In this document: positions 49,346 through 58,394 of the stretch, one piece after another | Layout: each line of letters begins with the position of its first letter | How positions within the stretch are numbered: the first letter of the stretch is position 1 | Source: Alphaproteobacteria bacterium | Lineage (GTDB): Bacteria > Pseudomonadota > Alphaproteobacteria > DATDPM01 | Length of the DNA: 64,000 nucleotides | Assembly: GCA_041498815.1 (NCBI GenBank) | Contig: JBGQJC010000007.1 | Location: 7,524-71,523 of the forward strand | Direction: 5' to 3' | Position numbers and translations under genes: made by a program | Notes under the pieces: generated by a model | What the model was told of the DNA's origin: nothing | The model's database searches: none | The model's input: only the letters and a program-made list of their open reading frames with translations

Positions 49346-51454
49346 TTAGATCTGGCCGAGCGTCTTGATCCGGGCCTTGGGATGAATCTCGTTTTGCGAG
49401 ATCACCACCGTGCTCGGCCGGAACCGTTCGATGATCGAGCGCACATAGGGGCGGATCCGCGGGCTGGTCAGCAGCACCGGGGTCTCGCCCAGCATCGCCT
49501 GGCGCTCGAAGGTCTGGCGCACGAGGCCGATGAATTCCTGGAGCTTGCTCGGGGCCATCGAAAGCTGCAGGTCCTCGCCCTGGCCGGTAAGCGCCTCGGC
49601 GAAGGTCTGCTCCCAGGCGGGCGACAGGCTGATGAGCGGGATGAACCCCTGGTCGTTGGTGCCGGATTCGCTGATCTGGCGGGCGAGCCGCGAGCGCACG
49701 TGCTCGGTGATCGCGGTGATGTTGCGGGTGTGGCCGCAGGCTTCCGAAATGCCCTCGAGTATGGTCGGCAGGTCGCGGATCGAGACGCGCTCGGACAGGA
49801 GGTTCTGAAGCACGCGCTGGACGCCGCCGACCGGAATCTGCTGCGGGATGACGTCGGCCACCAGCTTCTGGTGCGGCGTGTCGAGTTCGTTGATGAGCTT
49901 TTGGGTCTCGGTGTAGGACAACATCTCCGCCATGTTATCCTTGATGATCTCGGTCAAATGCGTGGTGACCACGGTCGGCGGATCGACCACGGTGTAGCCG
50001 CGGAACTGCGCTTCCTCGCGCTGGTCGTCCGGAACCCACATCGCCGGAAGCCCGAACGTGGGCTCGGTCGTCTGCTCGCCGGGCAAGGCGATCTGCTCGC
50101 CCTTCGGGTCCATCACCAGCAACATGCCGGGACGCACCTCGCCGCGCCCGGCCTCGATTTCCTTGATGCGCACCACATAGGTATTGGACGGCAACTGCAT
50201 GTTGTCCTGGATGCGCACGGCGGGCAGGACGAATCCGATGTCGCGCGCGAGCTGCCGGCGCAACGCCTTGATCTGATCGGTCAGGCGCTCGCCCTTCTGG
50301 TTGTTGATGAGGGCGAGCAACGCATAGCCGAGTTCGAGGCGCACATAATCGATGGTCAGTGCCACCGCGATCGGCTCGTCGGCGGGCTGGGCCTTGACCG
50401 CCGCTTTGGCCGCGGTCGCGTCGGCCACCACGCGCGCGTGGCGGCTGGTCGCCGACCAGGCCAAAAATCCCGTCACGCTCGCCAAAAGCACGAACGGGAA
50501 CATCGGAATGCCCGGCAGCAAGGCCATGACCCCCATCAGGAACGCGCTCATCCCGAGCGCGCGGGGATAGTGGCTGAGTTGCCCGAACAACGCCTTGTCG
50601 GCGGAGCCCTCGGTGCCGGCCTTGGAAACCAGCATGCCGGCCGCGGTCGAAACGATGAGGGCGGGGATCTGCGTCACCAGCCCGTCGCCCACCGTCAGCA
50701 AGGTGTAGGTGTGGGAGGCCTGGGTGAAGGTAATTCCGTGCTGCGCCACGCCGATGATGATGCCGCCGACGATGTTGATGACGGTAATGAGAAGCCCGGC
50801 GATCGCATCGCCGCGCACGAATTTGGCGGCGCCGTCCATGGCGCCGAAGAAGGTGCTCTCGTCCTCGAGCGACTTGCGCCTGGTGCGCGCCTCGTTCTCG
50901 TTGATGAGACCGGCCGACAGATCGGCGTCGATCGCCATCTGCTTGCCGGGCATGGCGTCCAAGCTGAAGCGCGCGGACACTTCCGCGATGCGCCCGGATC
51001 CTTTGGTAATGACGATGAAGTTGACGATGACCAGGATCGAGAACACGATTATCCCGATCACGAAATTGCCGCTCATCACGAAATGGCCGAAGGCTTCGAT
51101 CACACGGCCGGCCGCCCCCGTGCCTTCGTGGCCGTTCGAGAGGATGAGCCGGGTGCTGGCGAGGTTGAGCGCCAACCTCAGCATCGTTGCGATCAAGAGA
51201 ATGGTCGGGAACGAGCTGAAATCGAGCGGCCGCTCGATGAACAACACGGTCATGAGAATGAGAATCGAAAAGGTGATCGAAAAAGCGAGCGAGATGTCGA
51301 GGGCCCATTTCGGCAACGGCAAAATGAGCACGACCAGGATCGAAACCACGCCGAGCGCGAGCGCGATGTCGCCGCGCCGCAGGGTCGCGTTGAGCCGCGA
51401 AAACAGGTCGAGCGCCGGTGCCGCCGCCGCCTGCGTGGTTTGCTCCGCCATCAT
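49346..51454 (-). CDS. flhA: Flagellar biosynthesis (type III export gate) protein FlhA
   Basis: 702 aa with an N-terminal 8-TM domain, the FHxx motif region and a conserved cytoplasmic domain. Confidence 0.95.
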   Translation of the reverse strand: MMAEQTTQAAAAPALDLFSRLNATLRRGDIALALGVVSILVVLILPLPKWALDISLAFSITFSILILMTVLFIERPLDFSSFPTILLIATMLRLALNLASTRLILSNGHEGTGAAGRVIEAFGHFVMSGNFVIGIIVFSILVIVNFIVITKGSGRIAEVSARFSLDAMPGKQMAIDADLSAGLINENEARTRRKSLEDESTFFGAMDGAAKFVRGDAIAGLLITVINIVGGIIIGVAQHGITFTQASHTYTLLTVGDGLVTQIPALIVSTAAGMLVSKAGTEGSADKALFGQLSHYPRALGMSAFLMGVMALLPGIPMFPFVLLASVTGFLAWSATSRHARVVADATAAKAAVKAQPADEPIAVALTIDYVRLELGYALLALINNQKGERLTDQIKALRRQLARDIGFVLPAVRIQDNMQLPSNTYVVRIKEIEAGRGEVRPGMLLVMDPKGEQIALPGEQTTEPTFGLPAMWVPDDQREEAQFRGYTVVDPPTVVTTHLTEIIKDNMAEMLSYTETQKLINELDTPHQKLVADVIPQQIPVGGVQRVLQNLLSERVSIRDLPTILEGISEACGHTRNITAITEHVRSRLARQISESGTNDQGFIPLISLSPAWEQTFAEALTGQGEDLQLSMAPSKLQEFIGLVRQTFERQAMLGETPVLLTSPRIRPYVRSIIERFRPSTVVISQNEIHPKARIKTLGQI

Positions 51455-51466
51455 CGCCCCTTGGTT

Positions 51467-52825
51467 CTAGACCGCGGCCCGCTGGATCTCGCCGGGGCCC
51501 GGCACCGGCACGCCTTCCTGGCTGTACAGCTTCAGCTTGTTGCGCAGCGTGCGGATCGAAATGCCCAGGATATTCGCCGCATGGGTCCGGTTGCCGAGGC
51601 AGTGGCTAAGGGTATCCAGGATCAGGTCGCGCTCGACGTCGGCGACCGTGCGGCCCACCCGCGTCTTGATCTTCTCGCGGGCCACCGACTCGGGCGCGCC
51701 GCTCTCCGCCGCAGTTTCCGCGCCCCCGGCGGTGCGCAACGTGATGGCGTCGACGCCGATCTCGGCCCCCTTGGCCAACAGCACCGCGCGGTGCAGCGTA
51801 TTCTCGAGCTCGCGCACGTTGCCGCGCCAGGGATGGCGGCGAAGCAACTCCCGCCCTTCCGGCGAAACCGGGCGCGGCGCCATCTCGTTCGCCTTGGAAT
51901 ACTTCTCGACGAAATGATCGGTTAGTACGTCGATGTCGAGCGGGCGCTTGCGCAGCGGCGGCAGATGCAGCGTCATGACATTGAGGCGGAACAGCAGATC
52001 CTCGCGGAAACGGCCGCTGCGCACCTCGTCTTCAAGGTCGCGGTTGGAAGTCGCGATCACGCGAATGTCCACCTTCACCGGCTCGTTGCCGCCCACCCGG
52101 TCGATCTCCCGCTCCTGGATCGCGCGCAACAGTTTGGCCTGAAGGTGCTGATCCATCTCGCTGATTTCGTCGAGCAGCAGCGTGCCGCCGCTCGCTTCCT
52201 CGAACTTGCCGACGCGCCGCGCGATCGCGCCCGTAAACGCGCCTTTCTCGTGGCCGAACAGTTCCGATTCGAGCAGGTTTTCGGGGATCGCCGCGCAATT
52301 GACGGAAACGAATTTCTGGTCCGCGCGCTTGCTCTTGCGGTGCAAATAGCGCGCGAGGAGCTCCTTGCCGGTGCCGGATTCGCCCGAAATCAGGATGCTC
52401 GCATCGCTCGAGGCCACCTGGTCGGCAAGCTTCAAGATATCGGTCATGCTCGGGTCGCGGCAGATGATGGCGTGGCTTTCTTCCGCGACCGCCTCCAAGA
52501 CCGCGGCGATCAGCTGCGGGTCGGGGGGAAGCGGCAGGTATTCCTTGGCGCCCGCCCGGATTGCGGCCACCGCCGCCGCGGTGTCGTTGCCGATGCCGCA
52601 GGCCACCACGGGAACGCTGATGCGCTCGTTCTTCAAACTTTCGGTGAGGCGCCGGACATCGAGCGACACGTCGATCATGACAAGGTCGGCGCCGTGTCCC
52701 GAGCGCAGCGCATGAAGGCCGCCGTCGATGTCATCGACCTGCATGACCTTGGCGCCGCGGTCAAGTGCGATCTTGCTCGCCGCTCCGAAGTGGCCTTTCA
52801 ACGAGCCAATGATGAGGAGTCTCAT
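51467..52825 (-). CDS. flbD: Sigma-54-dependent flagellar transcriptional activator (FlbD/FleQ-like enhancer-binding protein)
   Basis: Atypical N-terminal receiver, AAA+ sigma-54 interaction domain (GESGTGKE, GAFTGA, ESELFGHEKGAFTG) and a C-terminal Fis-type HTH. Confidence 0.85.
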   Translation of the reverse strand: MRLLIIGSLKGHFGAASKIALDRGAKVMQVDDIDGGLHALRSGHGADLVMIDVSLDVRRLTESLKNERISVPVVACGIGNDTAAAVAAIRAGAKEYLPLPPDPQLIAAVLEAVAEESHAIICRDPSMTDILKLADQVASSDASILISGESGTGKELLARYLHRKSKRADQKFVSVNCAAIPENLLESELFGHEKGAFTGAIARRVGKFEEASGGTLLLDEISEMDQHLQAKLLRAIQEREIDRVGGNEPVKVDIRVIATSNRDLEDEVRSGRFREDLLFRLNVMTLHLPPLRKRPLDIDVLTDHFVEKYSKANEMAPRPVSPEGRELLRRHPWRGNVRELENTLHRAVLLAKGAEIGVDAITLRTAGGAETAAESGAPESVAREKIKTRVGRTVADVERDLILDTLSHCLGNRTHAANILGISIRTLRNKLKLYSQEGVPVPGPGEIQRAAV

Positions 52826-52874
52826 GATCTTTCACTCCCAGTCTGGCGATCCGCCCCGATCGGGCCGCAATCGC

Positions 52875-53714
52875 CTATTCGAAGAACTGCACGCGTTTGG
52901 CCGGCGGTAGCACCGAATTGAGCAGCATCTCGAGACGGCGCGGATTTTCCTGGCGAGCGATCGAAGATGCGGCCATCACATAGATGTTCTTGACCAAGAT
53001 CTCCTCGCGCGAGTTGCGCTCGAGCTTGGAGGCGAGCGGCGAGAGCATCACATTCGCCAGCAGCGCGCCGTAGAACGTCGTGAGCAGCGCAACCGCCATC
53101 GCGGGCCCGATGGTCGAGGGGTCGTCCAGCCGGCCGAGCATTTGAACCAGGCCGACGAGCGTCCCGATCAGGCCCATGGCCGGCGCCACCTCGGCGCCCT
53201 TGCGCAGCACGCTGGCGCCTTTGGCGTGGCGGCTCGCGGTCGCGGCGATCTCGCTCTTCAAGATCCGCTCGATGAGATCGCCCGTGGTGCCGTCCGCCAC
53301 CATGGTGAGCGCCTGCTGCAAAAACGGCTCGGATTCCATTGTCGTCGCCGCCATCTGCAGCGCCAAAATTCCGGAGCGGCGCGCGTGAACCGCAAGTCCC
53401 AGCATTTGCAACGCCGCGCCGGAGGGATCGCGGCTGGTATGGAACAGGGTGCGGAACATCATCCGCTGTGCGTGATAAATCTCGGGCAGGCTGAAACACA
53501 TGGTGGTGACGGCAAAGGTGCCGCCCACGACGATGAAGGCGGCAGGCAGATTGAGGAAGGCGGCGGGCGACCCGCCCATGGCGAGCGCCGCCACGATGAG
53601 CCCTATGGCCCCGCCCAGGCCCAAGAACGTCGCGCCGTCGATCGAGCGGCGCGCGGGGCGCTCGAACGCCAGCGGCGCCAGGCTTCCTTCGGCGTTGGGG
53701 ATGGAACTTGCCAT
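52875..53714 (-). CDS. motA: Flagellar motor stator protein MotA
   Basis: 279 aa, 4 TM, MotA/TolQ/ExbB fold. No motB is adjacent. Confidence 0.8.
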   Translation of the reverse strand: MASSIPNAEGSLAPLAFERPARRSIDGATFLGLGGAIGLIVAALAMGGSPAAFLNLPAAFIVVGGTFAVTTMCFSLPEIYHAQRMMFRTLFHTSRDPSGAALQMLGLAVHARRSGILALQMAATTMESEPFLQQALTMVADGTTGDLIERILKSEIAATASRHAKGASVLRKGAEVAPAMGLIGTLVGLVQMLGRLDDPSTIGPAMAVALLTTFYGALLANVMLSPLASKLERNSREEILVKNIYVMAASSIARQENPRRLEMLLNSVLPPAKRVQFFE

Positions 53715-53745
53715 CGGTCCTCTCGGGCGGCTTCCCTCGGAAACG

Positions 53746-54114
53746 CTACGCGCGGTCGGCTTTGATGATCTCGGTCATGGTGACGCCCAAACGGTCATCC
53801 ACCACCACCACTTCGCCGCGCGCGACCAGGCGGTTGTTGACGTAGATGTCGATCGCTTCGCCGACCTTGCGGTCGAGCTCGACGACGGCGCCTCGGCCCA
53901 GCTTCAAAAGCTGGCTCACCTGCATGGTCGCCTTGCCCAGCACCGCCGAGACCTGAACCGGAATCTCGTAAACGGCCTCGAGCTCTTTGGCCTGGGTCGG
54001 GATGCGATTGGGATCGTCCGCTTCTTCCCCGATCGGCCGCGCCTTCTTGGGCGCCGCAGGTAACGGAGCCTCCGGTTCGAGCTCGGTCAACTCCAAGTCC
54101 TTTTCGTCGGCCAT
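53746..54114 (-). CDS. fliN: Flagellar motor switch protein FliN
   Basis: 122 aa with a C-terminal SpoA domain (VELDRKVGEAIDIYVNNRLVARGEVVVVDDRLGV). Confidence 0.8.
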   Translation of the reverse strand: MADEKDLELTELEPEAPLPAAPKKARPIGEEADDPNRIPTQAKELEAVYEIPVQVSAVLGKATMQVSQLLKLGRGAVVELDRKVGEAIDIYVNNRLVARGEVVVVDDRLGVTMTEIIKADRA

Positions 54115-54123
54115 GAGGCCCTC

Positions 54124-54849
54124 CTATTCCGTCAAGCGTTGCGCGGCGTCCGGCGGCGCACCGGTCTCTTGGGGTGGCGTGCTTTTTGTTGCGGGGCTTG
54201 GGGCCGGAACCGAAAGCCCGGCGAAGAACCGCTCCACCACGCCGTCGATCTGACTCCACATCCATTCGGTGTCGTGCTCGGCCCCGCCGTCCGCCCATTC
54301 GACGCGGCAGTCGCCGGGCCTCAAGGCCTCATCGGCGATGAGCACCACCTTGCCGTCGTATCCGGCGCGCGCGGCCAGTCCCGCGACGCGCTCCTTGAGC
54401 GAGTCGAGAAGCGAATCATGCAGCCGCACCACGACGCGCGGCTCTTCCATCACGGCATTAAGACAAGACGCGACGACCGCCTCGATATCGGCCAGATTGG
54501 CGCTGCGGGCAAAGCCCGGGGTCAGCTTGCGCATCACCGCGATCGCCGCCTGGACCGCGTCGCGCTTGATCGAATCGATTACGGTGCCGAGCGAGGCAAC
54601 GGCCGCGGCCAGCCTTTCGTCGATCCGGGCCAGCGCCTGGGCCGCGAGCGTTTCGGCGGCGGCCCGCGTTTCCTCGGCACCCTGGGCGCGGCCGGCGGCA
54701 AAAGACTCGTCGCGGATCGCGGCAAGCTGCTCTTCGGTCAGCGCGACCGGGGGCTGCGCGCCGCGCCGGTTATCGGAGCGGCGCTCGGCCTCGACCGCAT
54801 CGAAGCTGGTTTCGAACAAAAATTTCTGCGCCGCGACCATCACTGCCAC
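54124..54849 (-). CDS. fliH: Flagellar assembly protein FliH
   Basis: 241 aa, Ala/Glu-rich, C-terminal CRVEWADGGAEHD. It lies between fliG and fliN. Confidence 0.6.
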   Translation of the reverse strand: MAVMVAAQKFLFETSFDAVEAERRSDNRRGAQPPVALTEEQLAAIRDESFAAGRAQGAEETRAAAETLAAQALARIDERLAAAVASLGTVIDSIKRDAVQAAIAVMRKLTPGFARSANLADIEAVVASCLNAVMEEPRVVVRLHDSLLDSLKERVAGLAARAGYDGKVVLIADEALRPGDCRVEWADGGAEHDTEWMWSQIDGVVERFFAGLSVPAPSPATKSTPPQETGAPPDAAQRLTE

Positions 54850-54852
54850 GCC

Positions 54853-55869
54853 CTAGTAAATCAACTCGTCGTCGCCCTTGGTGTCGGCGATCATGATCTC
54901 GCCCTTGGCCGCCAGGTCCTTGGCCACGGTCACCATCTGCATCTGCGCTTCGTCCACGTCGCGCAGGCGCACCGGGCCCATCGCCTCCATGTCCTCGCGC
55001 AAGATTTTGGCCGCGCGTTCCGACATGTTGGTGAAGAACAGGTTGCGCAGCGCTTCGGAGGCGCCCTTGAGGCACAGACCCAGCTTCTCCTTGTCGAAAT
55101 TGCGCAGCAGCGTCTGGATGCTGCCGGGATCGAGCTTGGCCAAGTCCTCGAACGTGAACATGAGGGCCTTGATGCGCTCCGCCGCATCGCGGTTGGTTTC
55201 CTCGAGCGCGGTCATGAAGCGGGACTCGGTGTTGCGGTCGAAATTGTTGAAGATTTCGGCCATCATCTCGTGGGCGTCGCGGCGGTTGGTGCGCGCCAGA
55301 TTGCTCATGAACTCGGTGCGCAGAGTCCGCTCGACGTCGTCCAAAACCTCTTTTTGCACCGCCTCCATGCGCAGCATCCGGGTCACCACTTCCATGGCGA
55401 AGGATTCGGGCAGCGTGGCGAGCACGCGTGCGGCGTGATCCGACTTGATCTTGGAAAGAACGACGGCGACCGTCTGCGGGTATTCGTTCTTGAGGTAGTT
55501 GCCCAGCACCGACTCGTTTACGTTGCCGAGCTTGTCCCACATGGTGCGACCCGCGGGGCCGCGGATCTCGTCCATGATGCCGTCGACGCGCTCGCGGCCT
55601 AAAATCTTTCCCAGCAGCCGTTCCGTGCTTTCGTAGGTGCCGACCAGCGAACCGGTGCTCGACACCTGCTCGGCGAACTCGACGAAGATGCGCTCGACGA
55701 GCGACGAACTCACCGTGCCCAAATTCGCCATCGCCTGGGACAGCTCGCGAATCTCGTCGTCGTCCATCAGGTTGAAGACCTGCGAGATGTGTTCCTCGCC
55801 GACCGACAGCATCAAGATCGCGGCCTTCTCCTGGCCGCGCAGGGTGCGGTAATCTTCCTTCGCGGGCAT
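54853..55869 (-). CDS. fliG: Flagellar motor switch protein FliG
   Basis: 338 aa with conserved armadillo-like repeats and the C-terminal torque helix. Confidence 0.9.
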   Translation of the reverse strand: MPAKEDYRTLRGQEKAAILMLSVGEEHISQVFNLMDDDEIRELSQAMANLGTVSSSLVERIFVEFAEQVSSTGSLVGTYESTERLLGKILGRERVDGIMDEIRGPAGRTMWDKLGNVNESVLGNYLKNEYPQTVAVVLSKIKSDHAARVLATLPESFAMEVVTRMLRMEAVQKEVLDDVERTLRTEFMSNLARTNRRDAHEMMAEIFNNFDRNTESRFMTALEETNRDAAERIKALMFTFEDLAKLDPGSIQTLLRNFDKEKLGLCLKGASEALRNLFFTNMSERAAKILREDMEAMGPVRLRDVDEAQMQMVTVAKDLAAKGEIMIADTKGDDELIY

Positions 55870-55892
55870 TCCCGGTTAACCCTTTTTCGCCG

Positions 55893-57575
55893 TTAGCCTT
55901 CTTGGAACATCCAGGTGCGGATGATCGAGACCGTCTCTTCGGGGTGCTTCTCGATGATCTCGCCGATTTTCTTGAGCGATGAGGCGCGCACCCGGCCCTC
56001 GACCTGTTCGAGGTCGATCATCTGCTCGAGTTCGTCATTGACCGTGGATTGTTGCGCGCCCGGAAGTGCACCGCCGGCCTGGGGTCCGGGAAGCTTCGGG
56101 GCGGGTCCGCCCGATTGGTCGGCGAGCATCTCGGCTCCGGCCGGCTGGGGCCGCGGCAGGGACTCGATCAGGCGGGTCACCAGCGGCCGCACCACCAGCA
56201 GCAGCACGAGGAGCGCCACCACGCCCAGCACCACGATCTCGGCGATGCGCAGGTAATCGTCCTTGGTCAGGCCGAAAAGCGGCAGCGGGGCCTCCGCGGT
56301 TCCCGTTTCCTCTACGCTCGCGAACGGCATGTTGGCGAGCTGGACCACGTCGCCGCGTTCCTGGCTGAAGCCGATGGCCGAGCGCACGAGCTTTTCAAGC
56401 TGCTGCATCTCTGCATCCGAACGCGGCGTGTATTTCTTGGTGCCGTCGGGCGCCGTCACGGTGGTTCCGTCCAGCATGACCGCGACCGACAGGCGCTTGA
56501 TGATCCCCGACTCGCGCACCTGATTTTTCACGGTCTTGGAAATTTCGTAGTTCACCGTTTCCTCGGTGCGCGCGGATTTGTTGGAGCTGGTCGGCTCGGC
56601 GCCTCCCGGAGCCGTGGCGGCTGCATTCTGCTTGGTCTCGGGGAGGTTCTGGGCGACGCTTACTTGTTGCGGCGCCGCGCCCTTGTCGCTGCTGTCGGCC
56701 TTCTCTTCGACGGTCTGGGTGGAGCGCACCACTTGGCCATCGGGGTCGTAGGTCTCGGAATTGGTCGTGATGCGGTCGAAATCCATGTCGGCGGTGACCT
56801 CGGCCCGCACCTTGCCGGGTCCGACCGAGCGCTCCAGAAGCGTCTCGATGGTCTGCGCGAGATGAGTTTCGTAGGAAAGCCGCATGTCTTCGGCGCTCGT
56901 GCTCGATGCCCCTTCTTCGCTCCCGTTGTTCGGCCGTGCGAGAAGATTTCCCTTGTCGTCCACGACCGATATCCGGTTGGTTTTGAGGCCGGGCACCGCG
57001 GACGCGACCAGATTGGTGACCGCCGCCACCTGTTGCGGCGAGAAACGGTTGGCGCCGCGCAGCTTGAGCACGATCGAGGCGCTCGGGTCTTCCTTTTCGC
57101 GGCTGAACAACTGGTGGCGCGGCAGCACGAGGTGCACGCGCGCCGCTTCCACATTGTCGAGCGAGCGGATGGTACGCGCCAACTCGCCTTCGAGCGCGCG
57201 GAGCAAATTCACGTTTTGGACGAAATTGGTGGTGCCCAGCGCATCGGCCTTGTCGAACAACTCGTAACCGATGGAGCCTCCCGAGGGCAGGCCCTCTTCG
57301 GCCATGGACATGCGCAGCCGCAGCGCCCGGTCGCTCGGCACATACACCTGCGTCCCGTTGCCGCGCAGCTCGTAAGGGATCGCCATCGCGTCGAGCTTGG
57401 CCGCGATCTTGCCCGAGTCGGCCGCGTCCAGGTCGCTATAGAGAAGCGACATTTCCGGGCCGGTCAGGCGTGAAACGAGGAAGGCGAAGAAGGCGATGAA
57501 ACCGACGGCGATCCCGGCCATCGCCAAAAGACGGACCGGCCCGAGATTGCGGAAGCTGTCCGAGACCGTAGCCAA
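55893..57575 (-). CDS. fliF: Flagellar M-ring protein FliF
   Basis: 560 aa with an N-terminal TM, the YscJ/FliF periplasmic domain and a C-terminal TM plus FliG-binding tail. Confidence 0.9.
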   Translation of the reverse strand: MATVSDSFRNLGPVRLLAMAGIAVGFIAFFAFLVSRLTGPEMSLLYSDLDAADSGKIAAKLDAMAIPYELRGNGTQVYVPSDRALRLRMSMAEEGLPSGGSIGYELFDKADALGTTNFVQNVNLLRALEGELARTIRSLDNVEAARVHLVLPRHQLFSREKEDPSASIVLKLRGANRFSPQQVAAVTNLVASAVPGLKTNRISVVDDKGNLLARPNNGSEEGASSTSAEDMRLSYETHLAQTIETLLERSVGPGKVRAEVTADMDFDRITTNSETYDPDGQVVRSTQTVEEKADSSDKGAAPQQVSVAQNLPETKQNAAATAPGGAEPTSSNKSARTEETVNYEISKTVKNQVRESGIIKRLSVAVMLDGTTVTAPDGTKKYTPRSDAEMQQLEKLVRSAIGFSQERGDVVQLANMPFASVEETGTAEAPLPLFGLTKDDYLRIAEIVVLGVVALLVLLLVVRPLVTRLIESLPRPQPAGAEMLADQSGGPAPKLPGPQAGGALPGAQQSTVNDELEQMIDLEQVEGRVRASSLKKIGEIIEKHPEETVSIIRTWMFQEG

Positions 57576-57832
57576 TTTCCGGATCCTTCGTGTCGCTGAC
57601 GATGGTGGCGGAGGCCGCGGCGCGCCAAGCTTTCCGCGCGTCTGGCGGGGTTCAAGCTAGGTGGGCCTGGTGAAGATAGCGTTAACAGGCGGCAAGTTTT
57701 GCCGGGCCGGGGGAAGAATCTTCCCAGCTTGAAAATGCCAGCGAATCCAGGGCGATGAAAACACCGCCCCGGGTCGCGCCTAGACCAAGGTAGGGGGTGG
57801 CGGCTGTGGCCGGGTGCGGGCGAAACCGGGGG

Positions 57833-58144
57833 CTAAAATCCCCCGCCTGCGGCCTGTCTTTGAGAGCGGTAATCCTGAAGCCTGGTGACGCGCAGGCCGC
57901 GCAGCCCATGGGAATCGATCATGCGCTGCCAGGACAGGAATTCTTCGATGGAAAGCTTGTAGCGCGCGCACGCTTCCTCGAGCGTGATGATGCCGCCACG
58001 CACTCCGGCCACAACCTCGGCCTTGCGCCGTATCACCCAACGCTTGGTTTCGGGCGGCGGCAAGTCCTCGACGCGGACCAAATCGCCGCCGCCGGAGCCT
58101 GTCGGCCCCGCCTCGCGTCCGGAATGCCGGGTCAAATCAGTCAT
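57833..58144 (-). CDS. sciP: SciP-like small CtrA-inhibitory transcription factor (DUF1153 helix-turn-helix)
   Basis: From the ATG at 58144: TKRWVIRRKAEVVAGVRGGIITLEEACARYKLSIEEFLSWQ, nearly identical in pattern to the SciP DUF1153 core. The track ORF has a spurious 32-aa N-extension. Confidence 0.7.
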   Translation of the reverse strand: MTDLTRHSGREAGPTGSGGGDLVRVEDLPPPETKRWVIRRKAEVVAGVRGGIITLEEACARYKLSIEEFLSWQRMIDSHGLRGLRVTRLQDYRSQRQAAGGGF

Positions 58145-58394
58145 CCGAAACCTTCCACCGACCGGCCTTTTCTGGCCTCCCGCCGTGGCCACGGCGCCGA
58201 AAGCGGCGCGGTGGGTTCTTCCCTGTTTTTGATTGGCCACACCTTAAAAGTATCCCGCTTAAAAAACCGCTAATGAACAGGGTTAACGATTTGGGAAACC
58301 TTGGAAACCTTTGTTAAGACCCATTAAAGCCGAAGCCCGGCCGGATCGCTCCGGCCGGGCCCCCGTATCGTCCTTGCGCCATTCCGCCCAATGC

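Noticed and set aside
57576-57832. Sigma-54 promoter upstream of fliF
   Set aside because: The best candidate (TGGCATTTTCAAGCT on the minus strand) has -24/-12 spacing off by one, and no convincing CtrA full site. It was left unannotated.
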